Shown: piece after piece, positions 38,064 to 48,333 of the stretch
Layout of the letters: every line of letters starts with the position of its first letter
How positions within the stretch are numbered: position 1 is the first letter of the stretch
Assembly (NCBI GenBank): GCA_002304935.1
Contig: DBPS01000051.1
Coordinates: 25,861-88,761 of the forward strand
Reading direction: 5' to 3'
Origin: Candidatus Humimicrobium oleiphilum
GTDB lineage: Bacteria > Actinomycetota > Humimicrobiia > Humimicrobiales > Humimicrobiaceae
DNA: 62,901 bases
Translations under genes and position numbers: made by a program
The notes under the pieces: generated by a model
The model's input: the letters and a program-made list of their open reading frames with translations, nothing else
What the model was told of the DNA's origin: nothing
The model's database searches: none

Positions 38064-38669
38064 ATGGCAAAAACTACTAAGATTCTTCTAATAATATTAA
38101 TAATAATCATTATTGCAGGAGTTCTGATAGTTGTTTTGATAAACAGGCCTTTTGGAAATGCAAACAGAACGGAAGCAGATACTACAGTAATGATAAATGC
38201 AAATACAGGCGAAGAAACAGCAGGCATTACCGTGGAAGAGACTCTTACAAGACAGGAACAATATGAAAAAATGCTGGAAAATGAAGATTTTATTGAAGTA
38301 TATAATAATTTCCGCTACCTGCAGTCAGAAATAACAGATGCAGGACTGGTAGAAGATAATGGTACTTTGTTTTATATGGTATTTGATGCTGCTGATTCTT
38401 TTGAAAAAATCGATCAGTTTTATAAAAACAAAAAAGTACAATCCGTCTGGAGCAGAACAGAGATTTTTGAAACATTAGATAAAAAACTGGAAGATAACTT
38501 TATAGATGATGAAGAAATAACATCTGAAGAAACTGGCAATGATGGTTTCAGATTTTCCAGATATTCTTTTACCAGTCAGGATAAGGACAGATATTTAAAT
38601 GTTCTTATTAAATCATTATCAGACAATAGCACTCAGATAATGCTAATATCCTGGAATCTTGGCTTATGA
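38064..38669 (+). CDS. Hypothetical membrane-anchored acidic protein
   Basis: KTTK plus hydrophobic anchor, then acidic domain; ATGA overlap with xseA. Confidence 0.65.
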   Translation: MAKTTKILLIILIIIIIAGVLIVVLINRPFGNANRTEADTTVMINANTGEETAGITVEETLTRQEQYEKMLENEDFIEVYNNFRYLQSEITDAGLVEDNGTLFYMVFDAADSFEKIDQFYKNKKVQSVWSRTEIFETLDKKLEDNFIDDEEITSEETGNDGFRFSRYSFTSQDKDRYLNVLIKSLSDNSTQIMLISWNLGL

Positions 38670-40048
38670 TACATTCTTTTTTTTTGGAACAGCAGAAAAT
38701 TTACAAAGTCAGTGAATTAAATCTTGAGATTAAACGCAATCTTGAATCCTCATATTTTGATATATGGATAGAAGGCGAGATAAGCAATTTTGCATTTCCA
38801 AACAAAAAACATATGTATTTCACATTAAAAGATGATAATTCAATGTTAAAAGTCGCCTTTTTTGAAAATAGCATAAAATCATCAGAATTATTTTCTTCAG
38901 ATATTTCTGGATATTCTTTACTTAAGGATGGAATACATGTCTATGTAAATGGTTATGTAAGCATTTATGACAAAAGAAGCGAATACCAGATAATTGCAAA
39001 AAACATAATTCCGGTAAGAGAAGGGAATCTTCTTTTGGCATTCGAGCAACTGAAGAAAAAGCTTGAGAGCAAGGGCCTTTTTGATGATGCCTGTAAAAAG
39101 AAACTCCCTGTCCTGCCTGGCAGAATAGGGCTTATAACTTCAAAAAGCGGAGCCGTCATAAAAGATATAATAAAGATATTAAACAGAAGGTTCAATAACT
39201 ATCATCTGGTTTTAAGAAATACACCTGTACAGGGGAAACAGGCCTGCAGGGAAATATGTTCCGCAATAGATGAGCTGGAAGAATATGGAGCAGATGTGAT
39301 AATTATCGCAAGAGGCGGGGGTTCTTTTGAAGATCTTGCATGTTTTAATGATGAGGAGCTGGCCAACAGGATTTTTAGATGCACTATTCCCATAATATCA
39401 GGTGTCGGTCATCAGACAGATTTCACCATATGTGATTTTGTTGCTGACGTCAGAGCTGCAACACCGACTCATGCAGCTGAACTAGTGATTCTGGACAAAC
39501 AGGAAACTCTTCAAAACATATTATCTTTAACCAGAAAGATAAATAATCTGTTAAAGAAGAGGATACTTTCCCTTAAGCGTGAAATCTTTCTAATTTCTAC
39601 TAAAAGTATTTACAGGTGGCCAAGAATAATTATCAATAATTTCTGGCAGTATTATTACAGCAATAGCGAAGAGTTAAAAAATAATATTTATTCTGTTATC
39701 AGTAGTAATAAAAAAAATTATGATATTTTGAATTCAAGGTTAAATCCTTTGATTTTAAAAAGAAAAATAACAAAAGAGGCAGATAGCATAAAAAGAATAT
39801 CTTTTTTATTTAACGAGAAATACAAACTGGTTTTAAGCAAAAAAAGAAATGAAGCTCAGATAATTCTTGAAAGGCTAAAAAATTCTAATCCTGTTACAAT
39901 ATTGGAAAAAGGATACTCTGTTACAAAACTTGTCAGTACCGGTAATCTTGTAAAAGATATCGAAATGGTAAATAAAGGTGATCTGATTGAGACAACTGTT
40001 AAAAATGGCAGATTATATTCTGAAATAATAAGTAAAAATGATTATTAA
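38666..40048 (+). CDS. xseA: Exodeoxyribonuclease VII large subunit
   Basis: VSELN, IWIEGEISNF, HMYFTLKD, IGLITS-SGAVIKD, ARGGGS-EDL, SGVGHQTD-TI-DFVAD-RA-TPT, LEKGYS. Confidence 0.95.
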   Translation: MIHSFFLEQQKIYKVSELNLEIKRNLESSYFDIWIEGEISNFAFPNKKHMYFTLKDDNSMLKVAFFENSIKSSELFSSDISGYSLLKDGIHVYVNGYVSIYDKRSEYQIIAKNIIPVREGNLLLAFEQLKKKLESKGLFDDACKKKLPVLPGRIGLITSKSGAVIKDIIKILNRRFNNYHLVLRNTPVQGKQACREICSAIDELEEYGADVIIIARGGGSFEDLACFNDEELANRIFRCTIPIISGVGHQTDFTICDFVADVRAATPTHAAELVILDKQETLQNILSLTRKINNLLKKRILSLKREIFLISTKSIYRWPRIIINNFWQYYYSNSEELKNNIYSVISSNKKNYDILNSRLNPLILKRKITKEADSIKRISFLFNEKYKLVLSKKRNEAQIILERLKNSNPVTILEKGYSVTKLVSTGNLVKDIEMVNKGDLIETTVKNGRLYSEIISKNDY

Positions 40049-40075
40049 ATAATTTGGAATAATTCCGGGGAAAAA

Positions 40076-40309
40076 ATGGAAAATAAAAATTTAAGTTTTG
40101 AAGAAGCAATGCAGAGGCTTGAAGAAATAGTAAATGATCTGGAAAAAGAAGGAGTAACTCTTGAAGATGCAATGGAAAAATTTGAAGAGGGTGTAAAACT
40201 TTCAGAATTTTGTGTGAACAAGCTGAATGAAGCTGAAAAGAAAATCGAAGAACTGACCAGAACTGAAAATGGCGAATTAAAAGTTAATGATATTACAATA
40301 GAAGAATAA
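40076..40309 (+). CDS. xseB: Exodeoxyribonuclease VII small subunit
   Basis: SFEEAMQRLEEIV--LE--V-LE-A--FEEGV-L--C---L--AE-KI. Confidence 0.95.
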   Translation: MENKNLSFEEAMQRLEEIVNDLEKEGVTLEDAMEKFEEGVKLSEFCVNKLNEAEKKIEELTRTENGELKVNDITIEE

Positions 40310-40404
40310 AAGTCTTTCTCCTTAAAGCTTTTAATCAGGTTAAAAAATAACTTCTTGTATTAATTAATTTATTAATACTTTTTCTTACAAAGTAAAAAAT
40401 AATC

Positions 40405-40433
40405 TTGACAATAATATTTTATTGGTATATCTT
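40405..40433 (+). promoter_or_regulatory. Sigma70-type promoter of the dcw cluster
   Basis: TTGACA (40405-40410), 17 bp, TATCTT (40428-40433), upstream of mraZ. Confidence 0.6.
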
Positions 40434-40443
40434 TATGGTGTGA

Positions 40444-40464
40444 TGTGGGGAAAAGTGGGGAAAA
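40444..40464 (+). promoter_or_regulatory. MraZ-binding direct repeats
   Basis: TGTGGGGAAAA-GTGGGGAAAA: GTGGG at 40445 and 40455, 10-bp period, just downstream of the promoter; matches known MraZ boxes. Confidence 0.75.
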
Positions 40465-40525
40465 TAGTCATATAAATCCCATAATTGGAACATTATAACA
40501 AGTTTTTTTAAAAACAAGTGGGAAT

Positions 40526-40963
40526 ATGTTTTTAGGAGAATATCAGAGAAATTTAGACAGCAAGCAAAGATTATTTATTCCTGCAAAATTCAGGGAAGAA
40601 CTCACCAGGGGAATAGCTGTCATATCCAAGGGCTTTGACGAAAAATGCCTGTTTCTTTTCTCTGTTGAAAGCTGGGAAGAGCTAGCAAAGAAAATAACAA
40701 ATAATCCTGTTACAAACATAAATATACAGAAGTTTTCAAGATGGTTTTTTAAATCAGCGCAAGAAGAAATTCTAGATGCACAGGGGCGCATAAAGATAGA
40801 TAAAACCCTGGCTGACTATGCAAATATAAAAAAAGATGTTGTACTGGTCGGCGTTTCAACAAGAGCTGAAATATGGTCCAGGGAAATCTGGGAGAATTAT
40901 GCTGATTCTGCTGATAAGGAATTTTCAGGAAATGAAAAGGCTTTTGAAAGCCTTGGTTTTTAA
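40526..40963 (+). CDS. mraZ: Transcriptional regulator MraZ
   Basis: MFLGEY---LDSKQRLFIPAKFR, CLFLF, LDAQGRIKI, LVGV--RAEIW. Confidence 0.95.
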   Translation: MFLGEYQRNLDSKQRLFIPAKFREELTRGIAVISKGFDEKCLFLFSVESWEELAKKITNNPVTNINIQKFSRWFFKSAQEEILDAQGRIKIDKTLADYANIKKDVVLVGVSTRAEIWSREIWENYADSADKEFSGNEKAFESLGF

Positions 40964-40993
40964 AATTGGTAAGCGATAAGCCAATTATTATAA

Positions 40994-41944
40994 ATGAAGT
41001 TAGAGCAAATACACATACCTGTTCTTTTAAAAGAGAGTTTGTTTTATCTGAACCTAAAGCCGGGGAAGGTAGTATTTGACGGGACTCTTGGCGGTGCGGG
41101 CCATACCATAGCAATATTTAAAGCCATTGCCCCCACAGGCATAATAATAGCAGTAGATCATGACAGCCAGGCTGTCAGCACCGCCGCCAAATTATTTGAG
41201 GGGAATGAAAATGCGTGTTTTTTTAAGGGAAATTTTGCAGATGTTCTGTCCATTATAAAAAAAGCAGGCATAAAAAAGATAGATGGTTTTTTTCTTGACC
41301 TGGGTATGTCTTCAATGCAGATAGAAGAATCCAGCAAAGGTTTCAGTTATATGAGGGATGAGCCTCTTGATATGAGAATGGACAATGAGGGAGGTTTGTC
41401 AGCTTTTGAAGTAATAAATTACTATTCTGAAGAAAAGCTGAGAGATATCTTTTATAAATATGGTGAAGAAAATTACGGAGCTGCGATTGCAAGAAATATA
41501 ATCAGATTCCGTAATAATAAGATAATAAGGTCAACAGGCGAGCTGAATAAAATAATCGAAAAGTCTATCCCCCCAAAAGCAAGGTATGGTTCAAGAGGAC
41601 ATCCTTCAAAAAGAATATTCCAGGCAGTAAGAATAGAAGTAAACAGGGAGCTTGATAATCTGACTGAAGGCATTGAAGATGGATTTAAGGCCTTAAATAA
41701 AGGGGGAAGAATGGTAATAATTTCCTATCATTCGCTTGAAGACAGAATAGTCAAGAAAAAATTTATGGCTATGCAGGGAAAATGTTCTTGTCCTCCGGGT
41801 CTGCCTGAATGTGTATGTGGTGCAAGAAAAGTTGCAGATATTTTAACTAAAAAAGCGGTTACACCGGGAAATGAAGAAATTACAAATAACCCAAGATCAA
41901 AAAGTGCCAAGCTGAGAGCTATGGAAAAAATAGAAGATTTATAA
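40994..41944 (+). CDS. rsmH: 16S rRNA m4C1402 methyltransferase RsmH (MraW)
   Basis: HIPVLL, DGTLGGAGH, DLGMSSMQ, PLDMRM, YGEE, FQAVRIEVN-EL, ISYHSLEDRIVK, NPRSKSAKLR. Confidence 0.96.
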   Translation: MKLEQIHIPVLLKESLFYLNLKPGKVVFDGTLGGAGHTIAIFKAIAPTGIIIAVDHDSQAVSTAAKLFEGNENACFFKGNFADVLSIIKKAGIKKIDGFFLDLGMSSMQIEESSKGFSYMRDEPLDMRMDNEGGLSAFEVINYYSEEKLRDIFYKYGEENYGAAIARNIIRFRNNKIIRSTGELNKIIEKSIPPKARYGSRGHPSKRIFQAVRIEVNRELDNLTEGIEDGFKALNKGGRMVIISYHSLEDRIVKKKFMAMQGKCSCPPGLPECVCGARKVADILTKKAVTPGNEEITNNPRSKSAKLRAMEKIEDL

Positions 41945-41962
41945 AAAGAAAAGGTTTGTAAA

Positions 41963-42595
41963 ATGCAGAGTGCAGCTGAAAATGAATATTATGAGGAATT
42001 TAATCCTTCTCTTACTCTGATAAAAAATGATAATACTGTCAGAAAAGATAAAGAACAGTACTATCTTTATTATAATTCAGGGATTTTTCCGATACTTCTT
42101 TTTATCATCCTGTTTTTATGTGTCGGTGTGATAATAAATATTGGAATGAGAATACAGAATCTGAATTATGACAGGACCATTCTCAATTTGAATCAGGCAA
42201 TCAGCGCTGAAAAAGACAGGAGCGACAGGCTGAATTTAAAGATATCCCAGCTAAAATCCCCTTCATTAATTGCTTCAGCAATTGCAATAAAAAATAATAC
42301 CAGCCAGGATGCTTCTGACAGCCAGCAGGAAAATGGCATTACAGGAGAAGAAGAGCGGAATAATGGAATTGACGGGCAATCAGCAGATAAAGGAGCTGAA
42401 TCCAGAAAACTTGATATATTTTACAGCCAGACGGCAAACAGTATGGATATTGTTGAAAATAATGCCGATAGTTTAAATAATAACGACTCTAAGAATGATA
42501 ATATTGGCCAGATAAATCTCGGAGCTGTTGTTAATAACATAAGAGATGTTCTTCTAGTAGTGTCAGAAGGAATATTAACATTCTTTATTCCTTAA
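41963..42595 (+). CDS. ftsL: FtsL-like cell division protein, unusually long
   Basis: Position between rsmH and ftsI; one TM followed by coiled coil ending LKSPSLIASA; family assignment mainly by synteny. Confidence 0.6.
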   Translation: MQSAAENEYYEEFNPSLTLIKNDNTVRKDKEQYYLYYNSGIFPILLFIILFLCVGVIINIGMRIQNLNYDRTILNLNQAISAEKDRSDRLNLKISQLKSPSLIASAIAIKNNTSQDASDSQQENGITGEEERNNGIDGQSADKGAESRKLDIFYSQTANSMDIVENNADSLNNNDSKNDNIGQINLGAVVNNIRDVLLVVSEGILTFFIP

Positions 42596-42599
42596 AAAG

Positions 42600-44294
42600 A
42601 TGATAAGAAAAGACAACACAAAAGCCAACAGGAGAAGAATTTTTTTCCTGTTTTTTTTATTTATTGCAGTTTTTGGTCTTATAGTTTACAGACTTGTCAA
42701 TATCCAGTATATATTTGCTGACAGATATAAGGTCGAAGCTGATTATCAGCATACCGGCGATTATATAATCAAATCCAAAAGGGGGAAAATACTCGACAGA
42801 TCGGGCATAGAGCTTGCGTCAAGTCTTGTGGAAAAAACAATTACTGCAAACCCGAAATTAGTAAAAGATGAAGATTATGTGGCAGAAGTAATCGGAGAAA
42901 TCCTTGGTATTGGCAAAGAGACAGTAAAAGAAAAATTTTCAGATAAAGAAAGAGGTTTTGTATATATTGCACGTAAAGTAGATACTTATACAGCAGATAA
43001 AATCAGTTCTTATGGTTTTGAAGGAATAGGGATCGAAGATGAATGCAAAAGATTCTATCCCCAGAATGCACTTGCCAGCCAGCTGATAGGATTTACAGAT
43101 ATTGATAATAAGGGATTGTCAGGAATAGAACTTGGGTATGAAGAACTTTTAAGAGGTGTAGATGGTAAATATAGTGCTGAAAAAGATGTATTCGGAAAGA
43201 TAATAGAAGCTGATGAGGAAAATTACACAGCACCTATATCGGGTTCAGACATCGTACTTACCATTGATTCGGGTCTTCAGTTTTTTACTGAAAGCATATT
43301 AAAGGAAGCAGCGGAACAATATGAGGCACCAAGAGCGATATGTCTGGTAATGAATCCAAAAACAGGTGAGATTTATTCAATGGCTCAGTATCCTACTTTT
43401 GACCTGAATAACTATTCAGAATATTCGCAGGAGTTTTTTAATAATTTTGGAGTATCTTTTACATATGAGCCAGGTTCAACATTTAAAATTGTTAATATAT
43501 CTTCTGCAATAGATGGTGGGTTTGTAGGGCCTGACCAGTTATTTCATCTTTCTCCTACCATTAAAGTAGGTGACAGGGTAATAAAAGAGACTCATCGTAC
43601 TTATGGAATAGATTACACTGTAGGAGATATCATAAAAAATTCAAGCAATATAGGAGCCGTAACTGTTGCTTTGGCGATGGGAAGTGAAAATTATTATAAT
43701 AATATTATTAAGTTTGGATTTGGAAACAAAACCGGTATAAATATTCCTGGAGAAGAAAAAGGTATTATAGCAGATTATAAGACCTGGCCGGCTTCAACAA
43801 TCGGGGCAGTTGCAATAGGGCAGAGCATTTCTGTAACTCCTATACAGCTTTTAAGAGCGGCAAGTGTTATTGCCAATGGCGGATATCTTGTTAATCCTTA
43901 TATAGTTAAAGAGATTCACCAGAATAATGGTAATATCGAAAAAATAATTCCTGATGGGGGAATACAGATAATAAGCAGCATGGCAGCGGATAGTGTAAGA
44001 GAAATGATGCTGCAGGTTGTGGAAGACGGAACAGGAAAACGTGCAGGCATAGAAGGGGTTCTTGTATGCGGAAAAACAGGGACAGCCCAGAAAGCCAATA
44101 AAAGCGGCATAGGATACAGTGAAGGAAGAGTAATAACTTCTTTTATAGGATTTGCACCCTATGAAGACCCGAAAATTGCATGTGTTGTAATAATCGATGA
44201 GCCACAGGGAAATGAAGAAGAAATATGGGGCGGGACAGTTGCAGCTCCTCTATTTTCGGAAATAGTCGAGTTTGCCCTGAAGAAAGTTAATTAG
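42600..44294 (+). CDS. ftsI: Class B penicillin-binding protein FtsI (no PASTA domain)
   Basis: RGKILDR, RFYP, SxxK (PGSTFK), SxN (SSNIG), KTG (GKTGTAQ). Confidence 0.92.
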   Translation: MIRKDNTKANRRRIFFLFFLFIAVFGLIVYRLVNIQYIFADRYKVEADYQHTGDYIIKSKRGKILDRSGIELASSLVEKTITANPKLVKDEDYVAEVIGEILGIGKETVKEKFSDKERGFVYIARKVDTYTADKISSYGFEGIGIEDECKRFYPQNALASQLIGFTDIDNKGLSGIELGYEELLRGVDGKYSAEKDVFGKIIEADEENYTAPISGSDIVLTIDSGLQFFTESILKEAAEQYEAPRAICLVMNPKTGEIYSMAQYPTFDLNNYSEYSQEFFNNFGVSFTYEPGSTFKIVNISSAIDGGFVGPDQLFHLSPTIKVGDRVIKETHRTYGIDYTVGDIIKNSSNIGAVTVALAMGSENYYNNIIKFGFGNKTGINIPGEEKGIIADYKTWPASTIGAVAIGQSISVTPIQLLRAASVIANGGYLVNPYIVKEIHQNNGNIEKIIPDGGIQIISSMAADSVREMMLQVVEDGTGKRAGIEGVLVCGKTGTAQKANKSGIGYSEGRVITSFIGFAPYEDPKIACVVIIDEPQGNEEEIWGGTVAAPLFSEIVEFALKKVN

Positions 44295-44396
44295 CAAAAT
44301 TATTTTTGAAGTTTTCTTCTTATTTATTTTTATTTTTGATAGAACTATTATTTTAGTTAATATATAATTGCTATCTTTAAGGGGCCAGTTTTAAAA

Positions 44397-45890
44397 ATGG
44401 ATTTAAAAAAGATAATTAAAAATTTGAATTATACAGAAATTATCGGTGATACCGATAAAGAGATTTCGGGCATAACTTTTAATTCCAATAATGCTGTTCA
44501 GGATTCTCTTTTTGTGGCAATCCCGGGGTTTAAGAAAGATGGGCAGGATTATATAAAACACGCAATCGAAAAAGGGTCAGTTGCTGTTATTTCCAGCAGA
44601 AAAATTGAAAAAATCCCTGGAATAACACAGGTAATTGTAGAAGATCCAAGAATAGCGCTTGCACATGCAAGCTATATTTTTTTTGACAAACCATCCCGAA
44701 AATTAAAAATTACAGGGATAACAGGAACTAACGGAAAAACAACAACGACCTTTCTTGTTGACTCCATGTTAAAATCTGCAGGTTTTAATACATCATTTAT
44801 AACTACCATAAAATCATCTATTTCAGGTAATCCGGTCAGATTTGACAGAACGACACCCGAGGCACTTGAGTTAAATGATTTCTTTAAAAACAGTATAAAA
44901 AAAGATGCTACCCATACTACAATGGAAGTTTCTTCACATGCAGTCGATCTTCACAGGATTGATTTTATGGATTTTGAAACATTTGTTTTTACAAATCTCA
45001 CACAGGACCATCTTGATTATCATGAGAATATGGAAAATTACTTTAACACAAAAAAGAAATTATTTATAAGCAAATACCGGGATATTTTTAAATGCAAGAA
45101 TGCCGTAATAAACATAGATGACTTTTATGGCCAGATGCTTTACAGACAGACTGATTTGGAAACAATTACTTTTTCAGTAAAGACAAAAGAGGCAGATCTT
45201 TTTGCTGAAAATATAATATGCGATACCAATGGAATAAAAATGGATATTTTATTTAAAGGAAAAAGATTTACAGATATTTCTTCCCCTCTTTCCGGCTACT
45301 TTAATGTTTATAACATACTTGCTGCCGCAGGAGCAGCAATATCGCATGGATTAGGAGATGAAAATATCAGGAAAGGTGCTGAATCAGATACTGAAATAAG
45401 AGGAAGGTTTGAAAAAATAAACGGTATCGATGATTTTACGGTAATAGTTGACTATGCCCATACTCCGGATGGCCTGGAGAATGTTTTAATGACCGCAAAA
45501 TCCCTTCTTAAAAACGGAGCAAGACTGATATCTGTTTTTGGTTGTGGCGGGGACAGGGATAAAGGCAAAAGACCCAAAATGGGGAAAATAGCCGGAGATA
45601 TATCAGACTATATAATTATAACTTCCGACAATCCCAGATCTGAAGAACCTCAATCAATAATCGAGATGATAGAGGAAGGTGTCAGGGAGGCCGGAAATAC
45701 ATGCTATTTAAAGATTTCGGATAGAAAAAAAGCCATCCTGAACGCTCTGGAAACAGCCCGGAAAGATGATATTGTAATCATTGCCGGAAAAGGACATGAA
45801 GATTATCAGGAGTTTTTGGGGAAAAGAATTCATTTCAGTGACCAGGAAATTGTAAAAGAGTGGAACAGCAGAAACAGAGGCGTGAAATAA
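44397..45890 (+). CDS. murE: UDP-MurNAc-L-Ala-D-Glu--meso-DAP ligase
   Basis: GITGTNGKTTT, TTPE, MEVSSH, FTNLTQDHLDYH, VDYAHTPD, GCGGDRD, DNPR (45627-45638, DAP-specific motif), AGKGHE. Confidence 0.95.
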   Translation: MDLKKIIKNLNYTEIIGDTDKEISGITFNSNNAVQDSLFVAIPGFKKDGQDYIKHAIEKGSVAVISSRKIEKIPGITQVIVEDPRIALAHASYIFFDKPSRKLKITGITGTNGKTTTTFLVDSMLKSAGFNTSFITTIKSSISGNPVRFDRTTPEALELNDFFKNSIKKDATHTTMEVSSHAVDLHRIDFMDFETFVFTNLTQDHLDYHENMENYFNTKKKLFISKYRDIFKCKNAVINIDDFYGQMLYRQTDLETITFSVKTKEADLFAENIICDTNGIKMDILFKGKRFTDISSPLSGYFNVYNILAAAGAAISHGLGDENIRKGAESDTEIRGRFEKINGIDDFTVIVDYAHTPDGLENVLMTAKSLLKNGARLISVFGCGGDRDKGKRPKMGKIAGDISDYIIITSDNPRSEEPQSIIEMIEEGVREAGNTCYLKISDRKKAILNALETARKDDIVIIAGKGHEDYQEFLGKRIHFSDQEIVKEWNSRNRGVK

Positions 45891-45894
45891 GATT

Positions 45895-47304
45895 ATGGAA
45901 AAAATCCTAATAAATGACTTAATTTCATGGACTGATTCCCTGCCTGTTTTTTTAAAATCAGGAGCAGTCAGTAATTTCTCAACGGATAGCAGGACCATAA
46001 AAATAAATGATTTCTTTATTCCCTTAAAAGGAGCTAATTTTGACGGTCACAAGTTTATAACAGCGGCAATCGACAAGGGGATTTCTGGTTTTGCTTTTGA
46101 AAAAAATAATGAATTTGTACCTGATGCAGTCAGAAAAGCAAAAGGAAGCAATCAGGCGATAACGGTTCTTGAATGCAGTAACACTCTTTCTTTTTTAATG
46201 GATGCAGCAAGAGGTTATATGCAGAGATATTCACCTGTTTCAATAGGAATAACAGGGAGCGTGGGAAAAACAACTACCAAGAATTTTGTTGCTGGTATTT
46301 TAAGAAATTGCGGTAAAACAGTCTATTCAGAAAAAAGTTATAATAATGAAATCGGGATTCCAAAAACCATTTTTGAGACTGAAAGTTCAACAAAATATTT
46401 TATTGCTGAAATAGGAATGAGGGCAAAAGGGCAGATAAGGGAACTTTCTTCTATCTGTAATGTAAAATTCGGTATAATAACAAGAATAGGTCCTTCACAT
46501 CTCGAATTTTTTGAAAATGTTGAAGAAATTGCCAGATCAAAAATAGAGATATCAGAAGTCATCGGCAAAAATAAAGGAATGATTTTTTTAAATGCAGATG
46601 ATGACTACTATCATATTTTAAAAAAATATGCATCCTGTGAGATAATGGCATGCGGAAGCAACACAAATTATAAATATAATTTTTCTAATACCTTTGTTGA
46701 TGAAAATGCATGCTATGGATTTGATTTAAATCTCTTTGATAAAAAAATTACCGGTATAAAATTATCTATTCCGGGATTCCATAATATTTATAATGCAATG
46801 CTTGCTGCTGCAGTCTCTTTTGAATTAGGGATAGATAAAAAAATGATAAGAGATTCAATAGAAGAAACTTTTACTGATGATTGCAGGATGGAAATAATCA
46901 GGGAAGACGGAAAATATGTAATAAATGATTGTTATAATGCAAATCCTGTTTCATTCAAAAGCGCGATAGATACATTGAAAATTATTGCTCTGACAAAGAA
47001 TGCAAGAAGTGTAGCAATAATAGGCGATATGTTTGAACTTGGCAGAGAGTCTGAAAAATATCATGAAGATATAGGGAAATATTTATTATTAAATGGTATA
47101 GATGTTTTAATTGCATTGGGCGACAAATCAAGAAAAACATACGATATTTATAAAGAAGAAAAAACTAGTTTTGGCAGATGTTATTATTTTAAAGATAAAG
47201 ATACTTTAATAAAATCTGTTAAAGATATAATTGAAAAGGGAGATATTGTTTTAATAAAAGGATCCCGCGGAAATTTAATGGAAGATATTATCAAATATAT
47301 TTAA
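45895..47304 (+). CDS. murF: UDP-MurNAc-tripeptide--D-Ala-D-Ala ligase
   Basis: TDSR, GANFDGH, GITGSVGKTTTK, YNNEIGIP, EIGM, NDCYNANP, GDMFELG, IKGSRG. Confidence 0.94.
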   Translation: MEKILINDLISWTDSLPVFLKSGAVSNFSTDSRTIKINDFFIPLKGANFDGHKFITAAIDKGISGFAFEKNNEFVPDAVRKAKGSNQAITVLECSNTLSFLMDAARGYMQRYSPVSIGITGSVGKTTTKNFVAGILRNCGKTVYSEKSYNNEIGIPKTIFETESSTKYFIAEIGMRAKGQIRELSSICNVKFGIITRIGPSHLEFFENVEEIARSKIEISEVIGKNKGMIFLNADDDYYHILKKYASCEIMACGSNTNYKYNFSNTFVDENACYGFDLNLFDKKITGIKLSIPGFHNIYNAMLAAAVSFELGIDKKMIRDSIEETFTDDCRMEIIREDGKYVINDCYNANPVSFKSAIDTLKIIALTKNARSVAIIGDMFELGRESEKYHEDIGKYLLLNGIDVLIALGDKSRKTYDIYKEEKTSFGRCYYFKDKDTLIKSVKDIIEKGDIVLIKGSRGNLMEDIIKYI

Positions 47305-47312
47305 ATAAAAAA

Positions 47313-48326
47313 ATGAGCTGGATATTTTTATCTGTAATCATAAGCGGTATTTTTTCTGTGCTGATAACTATTGCACTGATACGTATACAAAAGAAAAGAA
47401 ACATAGGGAAAAGCATAAGGTCAGACGGTCCTCAGTCTCATTCCATAAAAGCAGGTACTCCTACTATAGGCGGCATTGCTTTTATCGTGTCTGCAACGCT
47501 GGCTTTTATAGTGGTCACGCTTTTAAAATATCACCGTCATCTTGAATTCAGTATGGAAGGCATATTTCTTTTAAGCATTTTTATTTTATGCGGAGTAATC
47601 GGTTTTATAGATGATTTTATAGGTTTTAAGAAAAAAAGGAATCTGGGCCTCCGGGGATGGGTAAAAATCGGATTACTGCTTTTGGTAAGTATATATTTTA
47701 TATTGTTTTCAAAGTTCATTCTTGACTTTCCTACCACCATATCAATACCCTTTACGAATAAAGTCTTTGATATTGGTAACTGGTATTATCTTATAGTTGT
47801 GCTTATTATTATGAGCACAACCAATGCTGTCAATCTTACTGACGGACTGGACGGACTTGCTGCAGGAACATCCAGCATTGTACTTGCAGTATTTATTTTC
47901 ATCGCTTTTCTGGAATGGACCGTCTACAATATGGAACCCGCTATTGATATTGCAGTCATATGTGGCGGGACAATTGCCGCCTGTATAGGATTTTTGTGGT
48001 GGAATACTTCACCTGCGGAAATATTTATGGGTGATACCGGCTCTTTTGCTCTCGGGGGTCTTATAGGCGCTGTTGCAATTCTTCTGAAACAGGAAATCCT
48101 TTTAATTCTCATAGGTGGAATATTTACCATAGAGACTCTTTCGGTAATAATTCAGGTTTTATTCTTTAAGTTATTTAAAAAAAGGGTTTTTAAAATGGCT
48201 CCCATTCATCATCATTTTGAATTGCTGGGATGGCCGGAAATAAAAGTAATAACCAGGTTCTGGCTGGTTTGCTTCTTATTTGCTGCTGCCGGTTTTTCGG
48301 TTTATTATATTAAATTTATTGACTGA
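47313..48326 (+). CDS. mraY: Phospho-N-acetylmuramoyl-pentapeptide transferase
   Basis: KAGTPTIGG, GFIDD, NAVNLTDGLDGLA, FMGDTGS, MAPIHHHFEL-GW-E. Confidence 0.96.
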   Translation: MSWIFLSVIISGIFSVLITIALIRIQKKRNIGKSIRSDGPQSHSIKAGTPTIGGIAFIVSATLAFIVVTLLKYHRHLEFSMEGIFLLSIFILCGVIGFIDDFIGFKKKRNLGLRGWVKIGLLLLVSIYFILFSKFILDFPTTISIPFTNKVFDIGNWYYLIVVLIIMSTTNAVNLTDGLDGLAAGTSSIVLAVFIFIAFLEWTVYNMEPAIDIAVICGGTIAACIGFLWWNTSPAEIFMGDTGSFALGGLIGAVAILLKQEILLILIGGIFTIETLSVIIQVLFFKLFKKRVFKMAPIHHHFELLGWPEIKVITRFWLVCFLFAAAGFSVYYIKFID

Positions 48327-48333
48327 TGGTCAG

